From Myxococcota bacterium (lineage in GTDB: Bacteria; Myxococcota_A; SURF-8), in the NCBI GenBank assembly GCA_965140415.1, contig OZ223209.1, positions 5,792,001 to 5,856,000 of the forward strand: a DNA stretch of 64,000 nt, in the 5' to 3' direction. Made by a program: the position numbers and the translations under genes. The notes under the pieces are model-generated. The model was not told the origin of the DNA and did no database searches. It saw nothing but the letters and a program-made list of their open reading frames with translations. Shown in pieces: positions 1-9,097 of the stretch. The first letter of the stretch is position 1. Each line of letters begins with the position of its first letter.

Positions 1-228
1 ATCCACGGCGGAATCCGGATCTTCATCCGTTTTCGAATCGCCGTCCGGCGGCTCGAAATCCACATCCCCAGCCGGGTTGCAGCCATTCTGGCAAACGCCG
101 TCGCAGCAAAGCAAAGTACCACCGCAATCCCCATCATCGGAGCAGGGTTCTCCCAAAGATGCCGAATCGCTGCTGCACGAACAAAACAGCAGAGCGGCGG
201 CCAGGATAAAAAGCGAAATTCGGTTCAT
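1..228 (-). CDS. Cys-rich lipoprotein, 5' part only (runs off the window start)
   Basis: Not in the ORF track. ATG at 228 reads MNRISLFILAAALLFCSCSSDSASLGEPCSDDGDCGGTLLCCDGVCQNGC...PDGD with no stop before base 1; signal peptide plus lipobox-like Cys. Confidence 0.75.
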   Translation of the reverse strand, partial: MNRISLFILAAALLFCSCSSDSASLGEPCSDDGDCGGTLLCCDGVCQNGCNPAGDVDFEPPDGDSKTDEDPDSAVD

Positions 229-270
229 GGCTCGATTTCCTTAACAGGGCGATTGTAGCCGTCTGTCACC

Positions 271-2859
271 TTAGCGGTCGCCGTCTGTGGGGATGACCAG
301 GTTTCCCGCTTCACGCGCCAGCGGCGCTCCGTCCACGATCAGATAAAACAGCACCGCTTCCGGCGCGCTGGCGGCGTCGTAGCCGATGGAAACGGAAGTC
401 AGGTTGCCGTTGCTGTCACTTTCCAATTCCGTATCCAGACCGTAGTCCAACTGCAAGGGGCGCAATTCGGCATCGGTTACGAGCAGATTGATGGTGTGCT
501 CACTGGCTTTGATGCTGGAACCGGTAACCGTCGCCGTGACGCGCTCGCCATTGGAATCGAAGCTCACCGCGCCGATGCCGCTGACCGGCGTGATGCGGCC
601 TTCGTTGTACGGCTCCAGAATCGCCGCACCGTAGGCGATCAGCATGTCGCTTTCCGGGTTGCACAGCCCCAACAGGCGCAGGAACTGACCGTAGAGCGGA
701 ATCCCGGCGCAGAGCGTTTTCGCGTACACGGTTGCCGCTTCAGGCGCTTCGCCGTCGGCGTTTAACATAGCGCTGATACGGAACGTATTGAAACTCAAGT
801 CTGCCGACATGATCTCCAGACCGAAACCGGCTTCGTTGATCAACGTCATGCCGCCGTTCTGGTAGCTCATCTGAACCGGGAAGACGCCGTGCGTTTCCGG
901 CTCGATCACGGTCGCCCCGTCTTCACCGGTGGGACGACCTTCCGTCACCCAGCCCAGCCAGTTGTCCTGCTGCTTGTCGATCAGGGTGATGACGAAATGC
1001 AGCGAGTCGAAACCGATCTGGTTGTAGCTGGGCATCAACGTCGGATAGGGAGCCGCCAGTCGTCGCAGTTCCCAGGCGGAAACCGGCTGCCCGATGGAGG
1101 GTTGCAGGGCGGGCACAGCCTCTGCCAGGGCGGGTTGGATATCGAAGACGAAATCTTGATTGTAGCTGCCCCCTTTGGTGCCGCCGCTCATCGCCAGTCC
1201 CTGACGATCCGGGCTAATCAGGTAATCGCCCGAAAGCGTGATCGTTACCTTGCCTTCGTTGTCTCCGGCAAACACGCTTTCCGGCACGACGGTAACAAAG
1301 CGCCGATCCGCGCTGATTTGAACGTCTACTTCCGAGGGAGGATCGAGCGTGATCGTCATATTGTCGTTGTCGATCAGCGCCAGGGTTGTGTCGCCGCCCT
1401 CACGCACCATCAACGTAAAGGCCAGGGCACGATTGGGTGCGATGGAATCCGGCGCGGTTTGCAGCGGCGTACCGAAATTGGTCGTAAAGCGGATTTCGAC
1501 GCTGTCGTCCGGCAAGGGTTCGTCCGGCCCCAGCATACAGGCCGGGTTGCTCGCCTGCGCGCTTCGCAGGCAGTAATCGTAGGGAACGCCGAAAATCTCG
1601 CCCGATTCCCCTGCTATGTAAATCGCGTGCATGCCCAGTGCGGGCGAGGCGTTCAGGTCGTCGCGGTCGTCGTCGATCAGCTTCAGCGCCCATTTCAGCG
1701 TACCGTCCGAGTTCAGCACGACCAGGTAGCCGTCACCGGTTCCAGCGTAGATCTGGCCTTGGCCGTCGACGGCGGGAGAGGAGCGGATCGGTGCGCCCCA
1801 GTCGAACGCCCATTGTTCCGTGCCGTCATCCGGGTCCAGCGCGTAAATCGAACCATCGGCTCCCGCCTGCAACACCCAGCCATCCGGGTGCAAGGCCGCA
1901 CTGGCGTAGATATGATCCTTGGCGGCGAATTCCCAGCGGACGTTCCCCGTTTCTCCATCGTAGGCGCGGGAGAAGCCATCGTAGCCGCCCAGCACGAACG
2001 CACCGTTATCCAACAGCAGCGCGCTGGCGGCGATGGTGCCCAGTGACGTCTGTTTCCACAGCCTGTTTCCATCGAAGTCGTAGGCGAACACATTGCCGAA
2101 AATGTCTACCACGTTGTTATTGCCGATGTAGATGCGCTCGTTCTCGACGTCGATAGCCGGTAAGGACCAGGTCTGATCGGACATGGTGATGCGCCAGATG
2201 CGCTCGCCCGTGTCGCGGTCGATGGCGTAAATAAAGAAGTTGTCGTTTCCGGCGATCAGCATGCCGTTGGATGCGATGGTGATATTGCCTTCGAACCAAC
2301 GAATGAAGGCGTTGTTCTCTGCCGGATCGTCGGCCTGAAAAGTCCAGACTTCCTCCCCGCTTTGTGCATCCAGCGCGTAGATGTGACCGTCGCCGCTGCC
2401 GAAATAAACGCGGCCCTTATCGTCCAGCAAGGCGGCGCTGTCGATGATCTCGCCGGTTTCCTTTTTCCATTTCAGGCTGCCGTCGGCGTTTAGCGCATAG
2501 AAAAAGCGATCCGCAGAGCCGCAATACACGGTGCCATCCGCACCGACGATCGGAGAGGAGAAAATCCCCTTGCCGGTGGGATAGGCCCAGAAGTCGGCGC
2601 CGTCATCGGTCAAATTCCATTCGGCAGCGCCGGTCTGTTTGGCGTTGCGACGAAATTTGGGCCAGGGGCTTTTCGGGTCCAACGGAACGTCGTAACTGAA
2701 ACTCGTGGGCTGATCACCGTCCGTGAGTTCGGCATCGCCATCCAGATCGCCGTCCGGATTTTCGCAATCCGAACCGGTGCAGTCATCCGAACCACAGCCT
2801 GCAATCATGACAAACGCGAGCAACAGGCAGAAAATCCACAAATGCGATTTGTGCAGCAT
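271..2859 (-). CDS. PQQ-like/BamB-type beta-propeller lipoprotein
   Basis: Lipobox MIAG-C, DGD linker, WPKFRRN motif and repeated 'SSPxxxxDGxVYxGSxDxxxYAL...G..W' blades. Likely start is MLHK at 2859; the ORF extends to 2922. Confidence 0.85.
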   Translation of the reverse strand: MLHKSHLWIFCLLLAFVMIAGCGSDDCTGSDCENPDGDLDGDAELTDGDQPTSFSYDVPLDPKSPWPKFRRNAKQTGAAEWNLTDDGADFWAYPTGKGIFSSPIVGADGTVYCGSADRFFYALNADGSLKWKKETGEIIDSAALLDDKGRVYFGSGDGHIYALDAQSGEEVWTFQADDPAENNAFIRWFEGNITIASNGMLIAGNDNFFIYAIDRDTGERIWRITMSDQTWSLPAIDVENERIYIGNNNVVDIFGNVFAYDFDGNRLWKQTSLGTIAASALLLDNGAFVLGGYDGFSRAYDGETGNVRWEFAAKDHIYASAALHPDGWVLQAGADGSIYALDPDDGTEQWAFDWGAPIRSSPAVDGQGQIYAGTGDGYLVVLNSDGTLKWALKLIDDDRDDLNASPALGMHAIYIAGESGEIFGVPYDYCLRSAQASNPACMLGPDEPLPDDSVEIRFTTNFGTPLQTAPDSIAPNRALAFTLMVREGGDTTLALIDNDNMTITLDPPSEVDVQISADRRFVTVVPESVFAGDNEGKVTITLSGDYLISPDRQGLAMSGGTKGGSYNQDFVFDIQPALAEAVPALQPSIGQPVSAWELRRLAAPYPTLMPSYNQIGFDSLHFVITLIDKQQDNWLGWVTEGRPTGEDGATVIEPETHGVFPVQMSYQNGGMTLINEAGFGLEIMSADLSFNTFRISAMLNADGEAPEAATVYAKTLCAGIPLYGQFLRLLGLCNPESDMLIAYGAAILEPYNEGRITPVSGIGAVSFDSNGERVTATVTGSSIKASEHTINLLVTDAELRPLQLDYGLDTELESDSNGNLTSVSIGYDAASAPEAVLFYLIVDGAPLAREAGNLVIPTDGDR

Positions 2860-3026
2860 GGCCAATCCTTGTTTGAAAGTTTCGATTGTGTTGATGTTAG
2901 ATCCTGTATCCGTTAATAGCATGACAACCCTTCCTTTGCAATATGCAAGGCTTTCTTAAACGGCAAACAACCGGATGAATACGTCACCCGGTTGCCTGTC
3001 GAATTTTGTCGTTTTATTGACGCTTG

Positions 3027-4673
3027 CTATTTTACGGAGCAATTCGGCAAGGCGTCATCCGTATCCACATACAAGCACTGCTCCGTCCGATGCGTTGCGT
3101 AGTGATTCAGCACCTCGAACGATTCCATGCCGAATTCGATTGCACCCAGTGACAGCCCAGTTGGAAGGTATTCGTCGGGATTGAATACGGCGATTTTCTG
3201 CAACGCCAGCGAATACGTCGTAGCAGGATCGATGGTTTCCGGCGCAGAGAACACCCATTCGTCCGAGGCTTCATCGATCATCCGTTGCAGGTCTGTGCCA
3301 TTTAGCGAAGTCGTATAGTAGCTGTTGAAGCCCGGCGAACCGGAAGGCTGCCGCTCGATTTTATAAGTGTCGAGCATGTTTTGCTGGTTGAATTCACCTG
3401 ATCCCCAACTGGCCCAGATCGTATCCAGGTATACCGCAGCGGCATCCGTCTGCAAGGCGTATTGTGCGGCTTTGGATGTGATTTGCGCGACATCGTAATT
3501 GGAATGCGAGGCTTTCAAGTATCCGGCTGCATCCAGATAGGTGGGAGCGTAGCGTTTCATGATCGCTTCGATATCGGACTGAAGTTGCGCATCTACCGGC
3601 ATCGTTCCGGGGAAAGTCATGTTCAGGCAATGCTCGTGTTCGATCACTTCTTTGTTCGACAAGTCCACCTTCACATCCAGCCGCGTGACGAACTGGGCGT
3701 TTGAGCCGCTTTGTACAATGATCGTATCTTCGATAATGGAAGGATCTCCCATGATGGTATGCGAATGACCACCCAGGATGATATCGATTCCGGGGACTGC
3801 CGCCGCCAATGCTTCATCGCCTCCCTGCCCGAGGTGACTCACCATCACGACCAGATCCACATCTTCGCCATGCTGGGCCAGCAGTTCACTGGCCCGTTCT
3901 TCATAGTCGTAACGAGAGTGAAAATCTCCGCCGACAAAGAAATCGCCGTCGTATTGCTGATTGCGCTCGTTCCACGGTTTGGACACCATGCCCATAAATC
4001 CGATTCTTACACAACCGACCTGAACTTCTGCCCAGTCCACCGCGCCCCAGTCCTCGGAGTTGGCCCCGGCGTATTCCGTGTTCGAGGCCAGCACGATGGC
4101 GTTGGGATCTTTCGAAAACGCCAGCAACTCCTCCGGTCCCCAGGCGAAGTCGTGATTGCCGATCACCCGAACATCGAATTTCATGGCATGGACGACTTCC
4201 ACCGTACTGTATCCGGCGGATAAGGCTTCGGCCACCGACCCTTTTTCGTGATCGTCACCGCCATCGGTGAAGAGTGTATACGGGTTTTCCTCTTTGACCG
4301 ACAAGTAATAGCCTCTAAGCGCCGCCGCCGGGCTTTCGCTGTCGTAATTCGGACAGGGTTGATAGGTGGAATGCAGATCGTTGATGTGAACGAAGGTTAC
4401 CGTCTGTTGCGTCGCATCGGTATCGCAGGCAGGAAAGGCCGCTTGCGCCACTTCGGCGTCGGCATCCGTGTCACCATCGGTACCATCTCCATCGATTACG
4501 GTTTGGTCCCCGTCTTGCTGGCTATCGCCATCGGTGGTGGCGTTTGGCTCTTCGTCGCCATCGGGTGAGTCCTGTTCCTCATTGCATCCAAGTACTATTG
4601 TTACGAGCAGCAGGGTTAGAACAAGAACGGCGTTAATCAGGTTACTGGATGATCTCATGCTACGATTCCTCAT
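3027..4673 (-). CDS. Bifunctional metallophosphatase/5'-nucleotidase family lipoprotein
   Basis: Lipobox VLG-C; metallophosphoesterase motifs HINDLH, DGGDD, GNHDF, SHLG, GGHSH. Confidence 0.85.
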   Translation of the reverse strand: MRNRSMRSSSNLINAVLVLTLLLVTIVLGCNEEQDSPDGDEEPNATTDGDSQQDGDQTVIDGDGTDGDTDADAEVAQAAFPACDTDATQQTVTFVHINDLHSTYQPCPNYDSESPAAALRGYYLSVKEENPYTLFTDGGDDHEKGSVAEALSAGYSTVEVVHAMKFDVRVIGNHDFAWGPEELLAFSKDPNAIVLASNTEYAGANSEDWGAVDWAEVQVGCVRIGFMGMVSKPWNERNQQYDGDFFVGGDFHSRYDYEERASELLAQHGEDVDLVVMVSHLGQGGDEALAAAVPGIDIILGGHSHTIMGDPSIIEDTIIVQSGSNAQFVTRLDVKVDLSNKEVIEHEHCLNMTFPGTMPVDAQLQSDIEAIMKRYAPTYLDAAGYLKASHSNYDVAQITSKAAQYALQTDAAAVYLDTIWASWGSGEFNQQNMLDTYKIERQPSGSPGFNSYYTTSLNGTDLQRMIDEASDEWVFSAPETIDPATTYSLALQKIAVFNPDEYLPTGLSLGAIEFGMESFEVLNHYATHRTEQCLYVDTDDALPNCSVK

Positions 4674-5176
4674 TCCACTGGTAAATAACGACGGATCGCG
4701 TCGATCCGAAATGCATTGCTGTTTATTTATTGAAAAGCGGACGTGCTTTTTAATTGCCTTTGTATTCTGTTCAGAACGGCTGGGAGATCAAGTTAGAATT
4801 CGGTTTGGAAATCGCCATCATCGTGGCAAAGCGCTGCGCCGCGCGAACGTCGCCGAAAACATCCAACGATCGATTGCTGGAGCTTTTTTCTTGGGCTGGA
4901 AGGCTGAGTAAATTGGTTTTCATCATTTCCAAAGTGGTTGTTGAACAGTCACGGTTGTCGTTTGCACTTTAGAAAGGATAAAGTCGGTATGATTGATTGA
5001 AATGAGATTTCGGTTAGCTATGAATTAGACACTGATAACCATACATTAACATTTGATTGCACTGAAACCGTTCCAGAAAACCGGCGGAAATGAAATAGCT
5101 GAAGGAATCCGAAATCTTGAAAAGATTTTCATTCGGTGTTAGGAGAACGAGTCACAGTGGCCTAGCGTATCGATTC

Positions 5177-5339
5177 TATTACTCAATTCCAATCATCGAG
5201 TAATCATGCTGTGACATGGTCTCACGGGATGAATATTCCGGGAGGCCGTGTCTGACATCAAGAAAACACAAAGCCTTCCGCGATCTTCGGTAGCGTAAGA
5301 CCATGGCACACTTTCGTATAATCAATATTTCATATTGAT
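5177..5339. ncRNA. Candidate structured RNA/ssDNA element, copy 1
   Basis: About 84% identical without gaps (22 differences in 139 nt, hand count) to 46771-46909; multi-helix fold conserved between the copies. Confidence 0.55.
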
Positions 5340-5350
5340 GAGCAGTTAGC

Positions 5351-5887
5351 TTAGTCGATGGGCACACCGACCGTGCGGAAGGAAAGCCCCTGCTGGCTGG
5401 CGGTGCTGATCATCACGCATTCGATCAACGGCGTGGATACTTTTACAGTCGACTGCCAGTGAACCAGGAAATTCGCGCCGCTTCCGCCGCTGGTATCGCG
5501 CGCGCCGACGATGTATTCCAGCGTTCCCAAAGGCGGAATTCGTAACGGCTGCGGAACGTATTCTCGTACCAGTTTGCCGTTCGTATCGTGATAGGTGACC
5601 GAGTCGATATAAATGGATTCATGCACGTCGGTATTGCGGATACTGAGCGTGTTGGTCAAATAGAAATTCTTGCTATCCTCGTGGTAGATGTGACTATAGG
5701 CGGAAACATATACATTGTGCCCCTCGATCATGCGTAGCTGCTTCCATTTTTCGGCAGCGACTTTTTCTCCACCTTCGCTGGTGACCGTCCGTTTTCCGTT
5801 GCGATGGTTTTGACCGCAACCAAATGGAGACAGAAACAGCGAAAGCAATACAAGCGCGATCAACATCATTTTCAGCGGGCTATGCAT
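5351..5887 (-). CDS. DUF3124-family lipoprotein
   Basis: Lipobox PFG-C; VYVxAYSHIY, LSIRNTD, GGSGANFLVxW and PLIECVMI motifs typical of DUF3124. Confidence 0.85.
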   Translation of the reverse strand: MHSPLKMMLIALVLLSLFLSPFGCGQNHRNGKRTVTSEGGEKVAAEKWKQLRMIEGHNVYVSAYSHIYHEDSKNFYLTNTLSIRNTDVHESIYIDSVTYHDTNGKLVREYVPQPLRIPPLGTLEYIVGARDTSGGSGANFLVHWQSTVKVSTPLIECVMISTASQQGLSFRTVGVPID

Positions 5888-6338
5888 GAAAGAACTCCTT
5901 CTGCTAAAAAGCGAATCCGAAATTGATTGTAGAGGCAGAAGGCGCTGTCGTCAACTATCGAAAGATCGAGTTTTTGTGCATCCGAGATTCCATGGCATTC
6001 TGTCGGGCGAGAGCCATCCGGTTTTGCTATGTCGCTCGCCATCTTGAGTGTTCGTGAAGGATTTTTAATTCGAGGCCAACCGCAAACACATCTTTTTGGC
6101 CGCTAAATGACCACGTAACCAACACTAAATGGCCACTACATGACCGTAAAGTGACAGTTCCTTTCTCGCAGCAAAGGCAGCGTCCGGCAGCATCCGGTAG
6201 CGTCAAGCTGCAAAACACAACTTAATGCAATAGCAGGCAGCATGAGCGACTGTGCGTTACCGGTCATTTAGTGTACGTTTGCTGGTCGTTTAGGGGTCGT
6301 CTACGGTTTTCTTCTGAGCTTGCGAAATGTAGTGAGAT

Positions 6339-6479
6339 GGTAGCAACATTTTCCCGTTGGTCGGCTACAGCGTAGCCGACAAGCAATGTCGCATTCAATT
6401 TCATTGTTGGAGCATGGGCTCCTGTCCTGCTCCAACTAAAAGGTAGCAACATTTTCGCGGTCGGGTCATCTGACCCGAT
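6339..6479. repeat. Mosaic cluster of REP-like palindromes
   Basis: GGTAGCAACATTTT twice (6339, 6442); palindromes GTCGGCTAC-AGC-GTAGCCGAC (6360-6380), GTTGGAGCA...TGCTCCAAC (6406-6436) and GTCGGGTCA-TC-TGACCCGAT (6460-6479). Confidence 0.7.
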
Positions 6480-6657
6480 AATTCCGAGAAAAATTCTACG
6501 GAATTTAAACGACTTCTCCGAAGAATCAAACCAGCAGCGGCACTCGATTCGCGCCAACAGTGGGAATCAATTTGCTTGGCGAGCCATCTGTTTCCCCGTA
6601 TACTAATCGGGTTTATCGTCGGATAAAGACTGAAACCCAGCAGCCAACGGAGAGGAC

Positions 6658-8478
6658 ATGCGGATACTTGGTATTTCCGCCTTCTATCACGACAGCGCCG
6701 CCTGCCTGTTGCAGGATGGCAAGATTCTAGCTGCCGCGCAGGAAGAGCGATTCTCGCGAAAGAAACACGATTTCCGTTTTCCCGAGCAGGCCATCGACTA
6801 CTGCCTGAAAGAAGCGGGGATTTCGGTTGCCGAGTTGGACCTGGTGACCTTTTACGACAAGCCCTTCATGAAACTGGATCGCCTGCTGGAAAGCTATTTG
6901 ACCTATGCGCCAATCGGTTTCGGCTCCTTTTTGAAAGCGATTCCGGTCTGGATGAAGCAGAAAATATTCCTGCGTAAAATCATCCACCAGTATCTGCCCG
7001 GTTTCGAAGGAAAACTGCTCTTCGCCTCGCATCACGAGTCTCATGCGGCAAGTGCCTTTTATCCTTCACCTTTTCAGCGTGCAGCCATTTTAACCGCCGA
7101 CGGCGTCGGCGAATGGGCCACCACCAGTTTCGGTGTCGGCAAAGACAATCACGTCGAACTGATTTCGGAAATGCACTTTCCGCATTCGCTCGGATTGCTC
7201 TACAGCGCATTCACCTACTACACCGGTTTCCGTGTAAATTCGGGGGAGTACAAGCTGATGGGCCTGGCTCCCTACGGCAGACCCATCTACGAAAAGCAGA
7301 TTCTGGACGAACTGATCGACCTGAAAGAAGACGGCTCGTTCCGAATGAACATGAAATATTTCAATTACGCCACCGGCCTGACGATGACCAACGGCGCTTT
7401 CGACAAGCTCTTCGGCGGGCCGCCGCGAAAACCGGAAACGCCGGTGCGCCAGAAAGACATGGATTTAGCTCGCTCCATCCAGGTGGTGACGGAAGAAATC
7501 ATGCTGCGCATCGCGCGGCATATCCACAAAGTTACCGGCGAAAAATATCTCTGCCTGGCAGGTGGCGTGGCGTTGAATTGCGTGGCCAATGGCCGTTTAT
7601 TGCGGGAAGGCCCCTTTGAGGATATCTGGATTCAGCCCGCTGCCGGCGACGCGGGTGGAGCGCTGGGAGCCGCCACGGTGGCCTGGTATCGTTATCTCGA
7701 TAATCCGAGAACTATCAATGGTTCCAATCGCTTGCAGCAGGCAAGCTATCTCGGTCCGGCCTTTGGCGACGACGAAATCCAGGCGTTTTTAGACGAGCAG
7801 GGCGCGGTCTACACCAAACTGACACCGGAAGAGGTTCCCGTCCGAACGGCGGAACTGATCGCCGATCAGAAAGTGGTGGGCTGGTTTCAGGGACGCATGG
7901 AATTCGGTCCGCGCGCCTTAGGCGCTCGCAGCATCATCGGCGATGCGCGCAGCCCCAAGATGCAGTCGATCATGAATCTGAAAATCAAATTCCGCGAGTC
8001 ATTCCGGCCATTTGCACCATCCGTGCTGGCGGATCATATTAGCGACTGGTTCGAGATCGACCGCGAATCGCCCTACATGCTGATTGTCGCGCAGGTTAAA
8101 AAAGAACGCTGCCGCGATATGGATAACGAAGAGAAAAAGCTCTTTGGAATCGATATGTTAAATGTGGTGCGCTCCGAAATTCCGGCGGTGACGCATGTCG
8201 ATCACTCGGCGCGGATTCAGTCCGTCAATCGCGAGGATAACGCCCCGTATTACGACATGATCAACGCATTTTATAAGCGCACCGGCTGCCCGGTCATCAT
8301 TAATACCTCGTTCAACGTACGCGGCGAGCCGATTGTCTGCCGTCCGCAGGAAGCTTTCGTCTGCTTTATGCGGACCCAGATGGACTATCTGATGGTCGGG
8401 AATTTCCTGCTGGCCAAAACGGAACAGAAAAAAGTGGAACTGGATGAATCCTGGATGCAGGAATTCGAACTGGATTAG
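6658..8478 (+). CDS. Carbamoyltransferase (NodU/CmcH/SxtI-like)
   Basis: ILGISAFYHDSAAC, EERFSRKKH, HHESHAASAF, GEYKLMGLAPYG, EFGPRALG, RESFRPFAP, NTSFN; GGAG RBS upstream. Confidence 0.95.
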   Translation: MRILGISAFYHDSAACLLQDGKILAAAQEERFSRKKHDFRFPEQAIDYCLKEAGISVAELDLVTFYDKPFMKLDRLLESYLTYAPIGFGSFLKAIPVWMKQKIFLRKIIHQYLPGFEGKLLFASHHESHAASAFYPSPFQRAAILTADGVGEWATTSFGVGKDNHVELISEMHFPHSLGLLYSAFTYYTGFRVNSGEYKLMGLAPYGRPIYEKQILDELIDLKEDGSFRMNMKYFNYATGLTMTNGAFDKLFGGPPRKPETPVRQKDMDLARSIQVVTEEIMLRIARHIHKVTGEKYLCLAGGVALNCVANGRLLREGPFEDIWIQPAAGDAGGALGAATVAWYRYLDNPRTINGSNRLQQASYLGPAFGDDEIQAFLDEQGAVYTKLTPEEVPVRTAELIADQKVVGWFQGRMEFGPRALGARSIIGDARSPKMQSIMNLKIKFRESFRPFAPSVLADHISDWFEIDRESPYMLIVAQVKKERCRDMDNEEKKLFGIDMLNVVRSEIPAVTHVDHSARIQSVNREDNAPYYDMINAFYKRTGCPVIINTSFNVRGEPIVCRPQEAFVCFMRTQMDYLMVGNFLLAKTEQKKVELDESWMQEFELD

Positions 8479-8486
8479 GAAAAAAC

Positions 8487-8888
8487 ATGCAACTGCCTGA
8501 ACGTACCACACAAAAGCTGCGTAAGTTTTCACTGGGCATCGTCTTGATCTGCACCGGCCTGGGGGCTCTGCTATTCTTCAAAGAGCATCCCGTTGCGGCG
8601 GGCGTGTTTGCCTCCTTGACGTTGTGGGGCATATTGGGCTTATTGATTCCCACGATCATTACGCCGCTGTACCTTTTTATGTCGGTGCTGGGTCTTATCT
8701 TGGGTTGGTTCAACACACGAATCATCCTGGGTCTGGTTTTCTTCCTTGTTTTCACGCCGTTAGGATTGTTTTTCCGCCTGATTCGACGCGATCCCTTGAA
8801 TCGTCGCCCCGATTCCAAGCGTGAAACATACTGGGAAAAAGTCGATTCCAGCGCCTTTGAAACCGAGCGTTACGAGCAGCAATACTAG
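8487..8888 (+). CDS. SxtJ-family membrane protein
   Basis: LRKF, LGWFNTRIILGLVFFLVFTPLG, RDPL, YW and terminal EQQY; lies directly after the carbamoyltransferase. Confidence 0.85.
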   Translation: MQLPERTTQKLRKFSLGIVLICTGLGALLFFKEHPVAAGVFASLTLWGILGLLIPTIITPLYLFMSVLGLILGWFNTRIILGLVFFLVFTPLGLFFRLIRRDPLNRRPDSKRETYWEKVDSSAFETERYEQQY

Positions 8889-9097
8889 AGGAATACTCGG
8901 AATTCCCTAGCCTGAAACATACAAAAAACCGGCCCATCGGCACAAATCCTTTGAAACCGAACGCGGTAGCTGCTAAGATGCCCCAAAACAGCATGATGAC
9001 AGGGGAACCTGTCCCACAAGACATTGCCGTCTAACGTAGTGATGGCGTAGTTGGTTGATTTCATTCATTCGATTGTGCTTGTGAAGGAGAAGAGTTC

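Noticed and set aside
5179-5367. 62-aa minus-strand ORF over the repeated element
   Set aside because: No RBS or motif; differences between the two copies track base-pairing rather than codons.
6658-8888. Saxitoxin biosynthesis cluster
   Set aside because: Only generic sxtI/J-like genes; no core sxt genes in the window.
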